A stretch of DNA of 64,000 nucleotides from Paragordius varius (Eukaryota > Animalia > Nematomorpha). The notes beneath the pieces were generated by a model. It was not told the DNA's origin, searched no databases, and saw nothing but the letters and a program-made list of their open reading frames with translations. The stretch covers positions 3,596,001-3,660,000 of the forward strand of contig OZ176053.1 of the NCBI GenBank assembly GCA_964247055.1, written 5' to 3'. A program made the position numbers and the translations under genes. Below are positions 1-11,927 of the stretch, piece by piece (position 1 is the stretch's first letter; the number at the start of each line of letters is the position of its first letter).

Positions 1-467
1 AATAAAGATACATAATTAGATATAAAGCATCAAATGTTAAAACGATGTTATTCGGCAGAATTATTCTGGGTGATCATTTTATAAATTTTGTTGACCTGGT
101 GATAAAACCATCTTGTTATATATGATTCTGTTTCTTTCATGATAATAATAATATTCTATAGTTAATTTAAATATAAAATTTACTTCGGGAGTTACGTGGA
201 ATATTTTCAATTTGAGCAAAATTTATAAGACTAATTATATTGTTGTTTCTCAATATAAAATAACTGTCAAATATCTGATATAAGGATATTTAAAAAATTA
301 AAAAAAAATTACTTGTAAAGGTTTTCCTTCTGTTATGGCAATGCTTAACATAAATAATAGATATTTGTGATTCGATTGTCTGAAGTTATAGACTTGATTT
401 AAAATGTAAATTTCCTGTTATATTTAGTTAATTATGGATTAATAAATATAAAATAAGCGATAAAACT

Positions 468-577
468 TGGATACAATAGGTGTTTAGTAAATTATTTGCT
501 TTTCAAAGGCCTGGGGTATCCAACTACCCCAATTTGAATCGAAGGACTTAAATGAATGTGTTGTATCCAAGTGTTAA
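468..577 (-). mobile_element. Terminal fragment of TTAA-flanked MITE family A
   Basis: Matches the family A terminus (reverse complement of CACTTGGATACAACACATTCATTT...GGGGTAGTTGGATACCCCAGGCC) and ends at TTAA 574-577. Confidence 0.75.
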
Positions 578-1712
578 GGGTGATAAAACCACCTTTAGAT
601 AATCTGATTAGTGATAAGCGTGCGGCTCAGATTTTACTACAGAAACTTCAGCCACGTTTCCATTTTATATTATGTTACGGATAATTGCTTGGCATGCCTT
701 TTTAATAGATACTGTTTATCTCATTGTTAAAACTATTGCCTTTTTGTGTAGTTTTGCATCCTAAAGAATTTAAACGAGCCTAATTCAAAATATAGCATTC
801 TTTAGCCTTTTAGTGCGTATAAAACAATATAATTTTAAATTGTAAAAATTCTCTCACCTCAAACTTTCAATGCCAAATGTATATTATGGTTAGAAAGTGT
901 AAATAATTTATGTAAAAAAATATTTCCAAATAAACTTTAACAACAAATTTTTTGCATTTTATTTTAAAATCAGCTGTTTGCTTTAATTAGATTTTGAAGC
1001 TTGTTCATTTATGGACTAGATAAGTTAAAAAGATATTATGTTAACTAATAAAAGAAAAAAGATTTTTAAATCTTTAGGTAAACAATATAATCCGCTCAAA
1101 ACTATGCCAGAATGTATCGTCCCTTAAAAATATTAAAAAAATGCGATGATTAATTTGATCAAAATTTTTTATTTTTTATGTAATATTGGGATTTTTTGCC
1201 ATCCCAAAGTTAATCGAAGGTAATAAATTTGAATGTTTTTTAAAATTTTGTTATTAAACACTGTGCATGATTTAATAAAGAAATCCCTCTTCAGACAATT
1301 AATATATATTTAAATTAAAACCTTAAAAAACTAGGCTGAGCTTATTGAAATAGTTCACTATTTAATTTCAAATAATTATGGTTGAAAATTCGATTTAAAA
1401 TTGATTACAATCAGTATGGATAGGGTAAAATAGTATTCTATAAAAGGGTAAATATCAATAAAATTTAATGTTAAAAATAATTTTATTAGTATTTTAAAAA
1501 TATTTATAAGACACAAAAATGAATATATTTTTAAAACAGTTTTTTCGCTCATGGTAACGGATGTATTAGCTTTAGAGACAATTTGCACTTAAGAGTGTCT
1601 TTGAAAATTATAAGTTAGTTCTTGAACATTTCAAGTTGGTCGTTCAAGATTTCGAATTGCTCCTTTTTTTAATTTAAGTTTTATCGTCCAACCGTGTATC
1701 ATTCATCTAACC

Positions 1713-4024
1713 CAGGGCTTCTTAAACTCTTTTAGTTCCCCACCCCATTTATGATAGCGAGTTTCTAAACGACCCCAACAATTCGAAAAACTCTTAGAAA
1801 TTTTGTTGATAATATTTATCAGGATTATTTGGGTTTTAAGAGATTGACAAAAATAAATCTATATTTTTTATAAATTTTTATAACATCGTCTGATTCATAG
1901 TAATATACAAATTCCCCAGAAATGTGTTTAACTGAACTCGTATGGCTTTTTAATTTTTTTGAAAATTAACTCCAAAACACGCCATTTTTGTATGGCGTCT
2001 AAGTTTTAAACGGGTACACCCCTACCCATAGTCCTAAATGGAAAAAGCGCTGAGTTAAATTCTTTGCCTTTATAGAGCAGATATTTGGAATCATCTGTGA
2101 TACAATTGTATCATGGGTTATTAGAAAAAAAACCGCAAACTAAATTATCGCTATATAATGGCGTATTTTTAGGGCATAAAAGCCCCAAATTAACGGCTAA
2201 TAAAAACGCCTGATTTTTTTACCTAGTTACGGATAATATTTCAAGCTTTTAATGAGAATATGGCTTCATAAATATTCTGTAAATTAGCTCCAAAACAAAT
2301 CAATTTCTATATAGTGGCGCGGTTTTTGGCGGGTAGCTCCTAACCCAGGGCAGGTATAAAAAGCGCTGGTTAAAATTTTTGCCCTCATATGGGGAATATC
2401 TGGAATTATCATGGAACCCATATGTTATTAGACTCATAGGTTTTTTGAAATTTGACACCAAAGGCATGGTGGCTGTATCGAGATGGTGCAGTTTTACGCC
2501 GGTAGCCTCTAACCAGTGGCGAAACAATAAAAGGCTCGATTAAATTTTTTGCCTTAATTCGGGTAATACCTGGAATCATGATTGATTCCATATGCTCTCG
2601 TGGTGCCCCTAAACCAAATGGCCATTCTATGCGGCGCATTTTTCAGGGTAAGGGCTTAATTAAGGGGTAATTTAAAACCACTCTACTCAAATTTTTGCCT
2701 TTTTAGGGGCAATATTTCAAGCTCTTATTCAACTCATATGGCTTGATAAGTTTTCTAAAATTTGCCTCCAAAGTCACGCTGTATCGATATGGTGGTGCAG
2801 TGTAAACGGGTAACCCCCTACCCAAAAGTTAAAAAACGTTCGATAAAATTTTTTTATAGGGAAATAGCTGGAATCAAAATTGAATCCATATTTTCTTTTA
2901 GTTTTTGGAAGAATGGCTTTAAAACTAAATAATAGTTCAATGATAGCGCATTTTTAAGGCGTAAAGGGCCTAAACGGCTATTTTTTAAAAAACCGCTAGA
3001 CTTAAATCTTTGCCTTTTTACGGGTAATATTTCAGGCCCTTATTTAACTTATGTGGCCTGATAGGTATTCTGAAAATTCTCCCAAACAACGCGATTTCGA
3101 TATGATGGCAGCGCTTAATTAAAATTTTTGCCTTTTTACGGAGAATACCTGAAATCATTATTGATTCCATAGGCTATCATTAGTTTTTGGAAAAATTGCC
3201 TTAAAACTAAAAAAATCATTCTATAGTGGCGTATTTTTCAGGAAGTAAAGGGCCTAATTAACGGCTAATTTCAAATCGTACGACGTAAATTTTTGCCTTG
3301 ATAGGGGTAATATTTTAAGCACCTATTAACTCATGTGGCCTGATAGGTTTTCTGAAATTTAGTCCCAAAGGATGAGGGGGCAGTTTTTAGCAGATATCTC
3401 ATTACCCAGCAGCCAAAGTTTTTAGCCGATATCTCATTACCCAGCAGCCAATATAAAAAAACGCTCGACTAAAATATTTGCCTTTTGAGAGGGAATACCT
3501 GGAATCATTAGTTAGGGTCTCATACCTTGGGCGAAAAATAGATTCAAAAAATTATATTTGTGGACTTGGCTTTTTCAAAAAGTGGCATACAAAGTGGAGC
3601 GGGTAAAAAGAGGACCTAAATCAAAGCGAGCCGACTATGTTTGGCGCAATTGAAAATAGTAAAAAAGAATCATATTTGAAATCGAATGGTCCAACACGTT
3701 TTCAGAAAATTGTCTCAAAAACACGATTTTGTGGAATTTTGTTTTCAAAAACCCGTTTTTTACACGGGATGAGTGGGGGCCTATTTCAAAAAAAGGGCGA
3801 TATTATCGGGGTATTTATTAATGAATATATTTTTTTGACATTTGGATTTGAATGGGTCTACCGGTTTTCCGGAAGCAGATCACAAAGCCGCATTTTCTAT
3901 TTTTAAAAATATATTCACAAGTTAAAAAACATTTTTTGTTAAATTTTAATTTTATCACTCGCGACCCCATAATTTTGCTAGGCGACCCCAAATGGGGTCG
4001 CGACCCATGGTTTAGGAAGCTCTA
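1713..4024. mobile_element. 2.3-kb non-autonomous hAT-type element carrying an internal tandem array
   Basis: TIRs CAGGGCTTCTTAAACT / GGTTTAGGAAGCTCTA; perfect 8-bp TSD ATCTAACC (1705-1712 and 4025-4032); both ends are homologous to the 370-bp copy at 44633-45002. Confidence 0.88.
1960..3510. repeat. Degenerate tandem array, about 10 units of roughly 120-185 bp (mostly about 155 bp)
   Basis: Recurring motif AAA(A)TTTTTGCC at about 2063, 2378, 2548, 2694, 3009, 3127, 3292 and 3478, followed by either GGAATCA or ATATTTCA sub-motifs; includes a 35-bp tandem duplication at 3382-3451. Confidence 0.8.
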
Positions 4025-4702
4025 ATCTAACCGATTCTCTTGATTTAACCAAACTATTAAATAAATATCAACTATCAAAACCGCATAACTTTATTAACTT
4101 CTAAAATTTTTAAAAAGAAGATAATCGAATATAAGTTTTCTGGGCTATCAATTACAATTTTTCGTTGAAAACATTTATCATTTAATAATATTGTCAAATT
4201 TTAAAAAATTAGTTTGAAACAAAAAAGTTTTTTTAAAGGAAAAATGTATAATAAATCAAGAAAATTAGGTTAAAAAATAATAAAATAAAAAAATGCAATA
4301 CATCTGGTTAGATCCAAATTTAAGTTTAAGTTGAGGATTAACTTGAGGTAAGGACAACTTAAAGTGTTCAAGGACTTGATTTGCAAATTGATGTATATGT
4401 TTTTAATCATTAATTTTTAAATAGTTATCAGGTTTTCTCGATTCGACTTATTAAGCAATCTTCTAATTTGTTAAGTTGTCCATTATAACTTCATTTAAAT
4501 AAATTATATAATATTAATCTCTATTATTAAAAAATTTTAAGGCTAAAAGGCTAAATATATGTGTGAAAAAAATATGGTAAAAACTACTATTTCTTTTTAA
4601 TCTTACCAAACCATTTATTTTATATAGACATAAAAATCATATCGTTATAATTACAAAAATCAGATAGAACTCATTGTCGATATAAATACCAATTCCACAT
4701 AA

Positions 4703-5983
4703 TCATTTGTTTGGGTCTTTTGGTGAAGCTGCTACAGGGGGTGTTTTTAACTTCTCTCGAATTTTTTCGTTGGGTAAGTTTGGTTTCGGCAATGGACAGG
4801 GTAGTCTTGGCCTAGGTGGAATAGGTGGTAAATTTGTATTAAGTGGTTTCAAGTTAATCATTTGTTTGCTTTCGGGCATATTTTGAATAGGTGTTACCAT
4901 TTGACCCATTATTTTTATCTTTCCTGTTTCAGTTTTTCTATTTTCAATTACTGGACTTGTGTGATCGTGGGGAGTCATCTGTTTTTTCCCTAAATCTTTG
5001 GGTGTTGTAGGCTTATTTGTGGTTAAACTTTTGCCAACATTCATTTTTATATCTGATTTAGGTGAGTCCGGGGTTATCTCAGTTTTAGTTTCAATTTTAC
5101 TGGTAATCGGTTTTGGGAGTTTGGATATGTTCTTTGTTAGACTCGTTGGGCTTAAATTTACCCCTGACTTTTGCAGATAGCGTGCATCGTTTGGAGCGTT
5201 TATTTTTGGTAAAGTATAAACATTTTCATTCATAGGTCGCTCGAATTTTGGTATTTTAGATGTTTCATTTAGAGCATAGTTTTTTCCGATATTTGTTGTA
5301 ACATTGTGCTCTTTTTGATGTTCTAAATTTACGTTTTGCAGATACTTTTGTACACCAGGATATTTTAACTTCAATTGCTCAATAATGTGCCTTTCCTTTT
5401 CTGATTCGAGTTTTTTCCGTGTTTTCCAATCTTTAATGTAATTTTCTAAATCAAGGATCACATCTTGCACCATAACTTTGGCGTAAAATAATTTTTTTAT
5501 CTTTGCCGATAATATATCATTGCTTGATGATTGGTCTTTCCATTTAGAAAAACTATTCGTATTGTATTTCTGGTTTCCTTCATAACGAAAAGAATTATCG
5601 TATAGCGATACATCCCTTTCTCCAAAGTTATTTTCTTTATTCTTATCACTAGGTATAAATCGAGTATTGATATCTTCCGTAATTTTTTTATCAGTTTGAG
5701 CCAAATATGTATTATCATTTCTGGTGGTATTGTAACAAAATGAACTGCCATATTTTTGACATAAATAATCATTTAATACTTTATAATTTACACTTAATTT
5801 ATTATCATCGTTTTGGGAAATATAGTTAATATTGTTATCAAATGAAATTGAATTATTATTATCAATTATATTATTCTGCATCCTGAAATGATCTAAATAC
5901 AGGCTTAAAAGCGTACAGTTAGATACATATGGTATATATTGTTTAATTTTTGCTTCATCAAATATTGGTGGTGATGATAACAT
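4703..5983 (-). CDS. Uncharacterised protein of about 426 aa (Asn/Lys-rich, Pro-rich C-terminus); 5' end uncertain
   Basis: 1.3-kb stop-free frame in highly AT-rich DNA; first ATG at 5983; C-terminal PPIPPRPRLPCPLPKP; no domain recognised. Upstream exons are possible. Confidence 0.6.
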   Translation of the reverse strand: MLSSPPIFDEAKIKQYIPYVSNCTLLSLYLDHFRMQNNIIDNNNSISFDNNINYISQNDDNKLSVNYKVLNDYLCQKYGSSFCYNTTRNDNTYLAQTDKKITEDINTRFIPSDKNKENNFGERDVSLYDNSFRYEGNQKYNTNSFSKWKDQSSSNDILSAKIKKLFYAKVMVQDVILDLENYIKDWKTRKKLESEKERHIIEQLKLKYPGVQKYLQNVNLEHQKEHNVTTNIGKNYALNETSKIPKFERPMNENVYTLPKINAPNDARYLQKSGVNLSPTSLTKNISKLPKPITSKIETKTEITPDSPKSDIKMNVGKSLTTNKPTTPKDLGKKQMTPHDHTSPVIENRKTETGKIKIMGQMVTPIQNMPESKQMINLKPLNTNLPPIPPRPRLPCPLPKPNLPNEKIREKLKTPPVAASPKDPNK

Positions 5984-8903
5984 CTCAAAATAACTCAACA
6001 ATCAATCAATAAATATAATTTTCAAATCTGCAAGTTTTATGAAATATTTTATTTGACTTGGTATACCAATTTATATTAATCAAAATTAGCATAAATCGTA
6101 ATATTCAAACTTTTGATAACTGGAATAAAAAATGTATGGAAATTTATTATAAAGGATTCTGCCATCAGCATTAAAAAGAATAAAAATGGAAGTGTGAATA
6201 ATTGTTGCCGTATTTATTATTTAAATGACACGTTTTTAAATAAATTTCCAAATGTTTTTATACTTTCCACCTGTCGAAAATAAATGGTATTCTAGAATCT
6301 TAAAAGCCATACCTGCTATTTAAGAATTTTTTTAAAGTCTATATCAGAATTTAAAACGGGTATACTCATCGATTAACTTGATAAGATTGCTGAAAAAAAC
6401 CTTTTGGAATTAGTTGGTTTAGAAAATAAATTTTTTTACGCCACAATATCAAACTTAAAATTGGTAAAATATAAATTGATCCCATATTTATTTTGACTAT
6501 TAAGTGATAGGAGTGTTGTATAAATTTTAATGTAATTAAGTGATTTAGTGCCATATGAGCTTTCAGCCAGGCATTTCGTTAAATAAGCCGGCCAAAAAAT
6601 AAGTGGATGGCTCAAATAGGTCAAATGTTTTATGACTCAAAATTGGTTAAAATTCAAAACCTTATAAGCTAAAAATTAATAGAAAAATATAAATAAATAT
6701 AGTGTTTTAGCCAGCTTATTCGCATGGCTTATTCACGGGGAAATTTGAATCCGCTCTCAGATTGCCCTAACTGTTAATTTTAGGTATAAGACAACTTTTT
6801 AAAAACGTTGGATTATGTATTGTACTTTTAAGTTTTTAGACATTTTATAAACATATTTTTTATATGATTTATCCTATTAAATTTTTTTCAATAATTTTAT
6901 ATGTTAGTTTGTTGGGCCAGCTCATTATTTTTAAATGTTATAAAAAAATATAAAATTAATATACATAAGTTAATCATTAACACTATTGTATTCACATTTT
7001 TTTGTATTCAAAAACGTTACCCTCAAAATATAATTATGTAATTGCAGACATAGTGTTTTCAAAATGTATTTGAAAAACTCAATATACATCTAACTCTATT
7101 CTTTCTATCTGTAACTTATCTGCATTTATTTTGCGTCTTAGTATAATAAATGACATCCATCTTTTTATTGGAAGTGACTATAGTATGACTATAGTTTTAA
7201 TAAACTTTACCCTACATTATGATTCAAACCAATCTCATTTCAAAAAATTAATTTATTTTTAAAACCTCATGATTCAGTAGAAATTCGTTTACCTTTGAGA
7301 GCATGTTTGCGCCATATTCTTAGGCAGGCAAGTTAATGCAAATAACACCTTTTCTGCGATATTCTATGCGCAGTTTGCGAAACCTTGCTATCTCTTTTCG
7401 TAATTTATATGTAACTTTTTGGGGCAGACTCAAACACAAAATTTGTTTAAACCAGAACCAGACAAGTAGTTTTTAACGGTCATTAATATTCAATATTCTC
7501 CGATTTTTCGCAAAATCGGTTGCAAATGAGTTTGGAAAAAGTACAACTGATCCTGTATACCAAGGCTCTATAAGTAAACGTTACAAACATGCTCTAATTA
7601 TTAGGGACATAAAATATTTTTTGTAAATATTTATGATAAGAATATCTATGTTGTACCTTAAGAAATTGTAGCACTTTTAATAATCTTTTCTGATAACTGC
7701 TTAAAAATAACAATTTAAAATATATTATATTAATATTTGGCACTTTATGGTATAAATAAAATTTATTTATAAAATCATTGTAATAATATATCTGAAGACA
7801 ATACGTTCAAAATCATTATTTAAGCTAAATTTAACACTAAATTATTCCACAATCCAATAGTTCAATGATATCGGATGAAACGTCGAAGAATTCTTCTGGT
7901 AATCTTTGACATTTGTAGGCTATCCTAAGAAAATCCTTGAGGGATTTTAAAAAGAAAAATTTTTTTTCGGAAACGTCATTCTTTTTACTGTCACCATCGC
8001 TATTAATTAATTAAATATAATATTGGTTAGCGAAAAATGGTAATAATATTTGCAAATAGGTTGAAACATTCAATCATTATAATATTTCACTCCTATAAAT
8101 GACTTAACTTTGTTAAAATTTAAACTAAAATACATGCACAGGTTTATTTTAGCTTAAGTTTCGAGGGATGGGGATTTTTTGCAGTAAAGTATATAGCATT
8201 TACAATTTTACCATTTAATAATTTAATTAGTTAATCAGTAAAGGTATAATCTCAAAGGGTAATTAGAAATTAGGGCCATTCTCAATATCTAATACATAGT
8301 TTCCAAATTTCTCACCAATACAGTAAAAATTAAAATTATAAAGAAAAAGGCAAACAAAATGCTATATTTCATCATATGGAAAACCAGATATTTTTAACTT
8401 AATTTTTATTATAACCTATCCTCAGGTTGTAAAAAAGACCTAAATTAGTAGCACTCTGAATTATATATATACAATCGTAATAATTTAAATTATAGAAAAC
8501 TTAAAAAAGTATGGCTATATCTTATAACATTTTATCCTAGTTTTAATATTAAATTAGATATAATATTATGTTCCCCGCTCTGAAGCTCAATGTGTTATGG
8601 GTGGGTAGGGACCTTGACGGCTGGTGGCTGACGATATTCTGACGCTACACCCTTTACTTGTTTACTTGTATAATATTGTGTTAAAACACATTTAACACTT
8701 CCAATAACGTTAAGTTTGTAAAGATTAGCCTAACAAAAATTTAGTTGTTAAAATTGACCAATTTTCAAAAATTGCTTCATCATTTCTTTGTTTTATGAAT
8801 TCATTGAAATAAAATACAACTATTAATATTGATGATTAATGCATTAATCCGAAGTTGTAATGTTTTAAGTTTTTAATTTATCAAAGAATATTATTTTGTG
8901 AGA

Positions 8904-9083
8904 TTACCAAAGCGCACTTTGCGAATATTTTTTGATGAGTTCTCTAACATTCGTATCCGATTTCACCGTTTCCATTTTTGTACGTATTTTGTCCAACAAA
9001 TCTCTAAACTTGAAAAAAAGCTGTCTTTCAAGTTCATCATTATCCATGTTATTTGAATCGTGTTCAATAGTGTGTGTTGTCAT
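8904..9083 (-). CDS. Candidate 59-aa ORF or exon (MTTHTIEHDSNNMDNDELERQLFFKFRDLLDKIRTKMETVKSDTNVRELIKKYSQSALW)
   Basis: ATG-to-TAA frame just under the track cut-off, with charged helical composition and a possible donor TG|GTAATC at its end. Confidence 0.3.
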   Translation of the reverse strand: MTTHTIEHDSNNMDNDELERQLFFKFRDLLDKIRTKMETVKSDTNVRELIKKYSQSALW

Positions 9084-9438
9084 AATACAAAATTTTGATT
9101 GTTGATTTTAGTCTCAATTTTATATTTTTTGTCGCAATATAAAATTTACGTGCAACAACTATAATATATCTGATGAAAATATTATTTTTCATATATATCA
9201 TATATTTAATTACTTATAATGCTAATATTTTCCCTTTATAAAATTACAATGGTATAATAAGTTAAAATCCACTATGATTTATAATGATCATTTATTAAAA
9301 TATTTTTTTTAATAATTAAAAAATAATATTGGTTTTGGTTAAGAATTGGTCTTTCGCACAATTCCCGTGACATTGTCAATGCCTGAAATTTTAATGATTT
9401 CTGGTTAAATATGAATGTGTAACATTACAGGCAATTAT

Positions 9439-9662
9439 ATATACCGTTTACAGTTTCAATTCATCTTTAAACAATTCAAATTCACCCTCGAACAATTAAT
9501 ACACCCTTTAATAATTCGATTTCACCCTAAAAATTAATTATATTTTTAAAAATAAAAAAATAGGAATTTCTTATCTTAAAAACATATAATTTATTTGAGG
9601 GTGAAATTGTGTTTAAGGGTGTTCGAATCGTTTAAGAGTGAATTTGAATTTTAAATGGTATA
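9439..9662. mobile_element. MITE family C (TA-flanked, internal TTCAAATTCACCC repeats)
   Basis: Starts ATACCGTTTACAG, ends TTTTAAATGGTATAT; tandem TTCACCC units on the left and GGGTGAA units on the right. Confidence 0.75.
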
Positions 9663-10313
9663 TATAATAATGCTTTCTATTTCAAATAATATTAAAATTC
9701 TAACATAAATAATAAAAAGTTTTTTTAATAATTACTGTTACGATTTTTAAAATGCAATGATTTCTAATATCGAATATACTGAATATTAGTGCTATGTATA
9801 AAATTAAACTCTGAGAAAAAGATAATTATATTTATAATATAAAAGATCTATTGAACTTTATAAAATCTTAACGTCTTTTATGTTATTTTCTATCGAACTA
9901 TTTTAAATTTAAATACATTTAAAAATACAGTCAAGCGTATTTAATATATCGCCTGTTAAGCGTTAATCAAATAAAATATAATAATTGTAAAAATCCTTAT
10001 CTTATAAAAAATAAATTTGATAATATTAAATTATAATTTATGTGAGCAGATTTTTGTTGATTAATGAAAGTAAAAAAATGTTTGATTAGTTTAAAACTAC
10101 ATAATATTTATTCATTAAGGGTGTCTAACAGACAAGTCGCATGCAGCCCTCAAAAATATTTTTATAGCCGCAAGTTCAAAACAAAAAATTTAAGGAAATT
10201 TAAGTAAAATGATTTTCTTGAACAAATAATTATAAATCTCGAATTTCAAACATAAACCTGCTAAAAATGTTGAAATGGAGATTTTACAAACTTATGTCAA
10301 AAAATTTAGTTAA

Positions 10314-10706
10314 CACTTGGATAAAACACATTCATTTTAGTCCTTCGATTTAAATTGGGGAAATTAAATACTACAGGCTTGTTTAAAATTAAATTCTTTA
10401 AAAAATATGGACCTGGCCAAATTTTGCACCTACATAACATTAATAAACCAAAATATATAAAAAATTTATTTTACCATATATCACGTTAACTAAATTTTTA
10501 CCTTTCGGTTTTAGCTTAAAATAAGTAATATCAAGTATTTTTAAATAATTTTTTATATATATTTCTATTAATTAATGTTATATAAATGCAAAATTTTGTC
10601 ATGGTTTTGATTCCTTCCATATTTTTTAAGAATTTAATTGTAAACAGGCCTGGGGTTAACTACCACAATTTGAATCAAAGGACTAAAATGAATGTGTTGT
10701 ATCGTG
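10314..10706. mobile_element. MITE family A, fold-back copy, TTAA target (piggyBac-like)
   Basis: Long imperfect inverted arms (CACTTGGATAAAACACATTC... / ...GAATGTGTTGTATCGTG) flanked by TTAA on both sides. Confidence 0.85.
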
Positions 10707-11218
10707 TTAAAAATAAAATTAGCTTTAATTTTATGCTTAAAATTAAATGAAGACGATATTTGCAGTTGCATAATAAAAATGGTATGGAGTTTTTTAAAAA
10801 AATAACTTTTATTTAAATATTTTTGTTTATTTTTATATGTTTTATTTAGATTTAAGCATAGATTTAAACCTTCTCCTTTAGCAAATTATTAATAATATCT
10901 ACTTCTATGAGCTCACTATTCTGCCCAAATTGATTCGAAGTTTTTTTTACATCAACTAATTTTAGGGGCAGTCAAATATTAGTCTTATCTATTTAATTTT
11001 AATATATAATTTTTAGTATACAAAAATGCTCATTTACAAAAATATTTTAAAAGTTTTAGTTAAAGATTTTATTAGGAATTAATCTTGGAAGGTATTCATT
11101 AGAGAAAAAGATTTTTCTTTGATTCGTTACAGATAATAAATAAAATAATATATAGTCAACTGGATTTATTTCAATCATATAAATATATGGTTAGTATTTT
11201 CGTACGATCTCCTTGAGA

Positions 11219-11892
11219 ATGGTTCTTGACAAAAGTGTAATAGACGAATGGTTCGATTTTGCTATGGGTATAACTAAGAATGCTGGAGAAATGATGAAAG
11301 ACGCTTTTTACAAAGAAAAACACATAGATATGAAACAAACATTCGCCGATTTGGTCACTCAAACGGATAAGGACATTGAAAATTATCTTTTTACCGAAAT
11401 ACGGAAAAAATATAAAGATCATGAGTATTTTTTATCTAATGCATTAGATGTTTGGGTGAGGAAAGTGAGAAAAGACCCTGGACAGATGCGCCAACATGGA
11501 TAGTTGATCCAATTGATGGTACTACAAATTTTATTCATCAAAATCCAAATTGTGCTATTAGTTTAGGGATATCGTGCAAAAAAACAGTATTATTAATAAT
11601 AATTTTAAGATTGTGATAGGAATCGTTTATAATCCAATGAGAGATTTAATGTACACAGCTAAACTAGGTCAAGGATCTTTTTGTAATGGGAAACCAATAC
11701 ATGTTACTGATGTAAAAGGTTTAATATTGGTATATCTTTAGATCTCAATAAAGCACTCATATTTACGGAGGTTGGTTCTTTAAGAAAAGAAAATATTTTG
11801 GATATGAAATTAGATAATTATGCCCGATTAGCCCGGTTATCTCATGGGTAAAAAATTAAATTTAAGCAATTAATTTTACCAACTCACCAATA

Positions 11893-11927
<35 letters not shown>

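Noticed and set aside
1960-3510. CRISPR-like appearance of the repeated units
   Set aside because: Eukaryotic context, degenerate long units, no unique spacers and no cas genes.
2300-3906. ORFs of 75-89 aa in the repeat array
   Set aside because: Chance frames in a GC-richer non-coding repeat; no domain.
6095-6800. Short minus-strand ORFs and exon-like segments upstream of the orphan ORF
   Set aside because: I could not build a stop-free spliced model joining them to 4703-5983.
7260-7600. Higher-complexity patch that looks coding
   Set aside because: All frames on both strands contain stops at similar density and no micro-intron solution or motif was found; identity unresolved.
11187-11217. 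Upstream ATG or 5'-UTR intron in IMPA
   Set aside because: Needs a GAG acceptor and gives out-of-frame products; only a 9-codon uORF remains.
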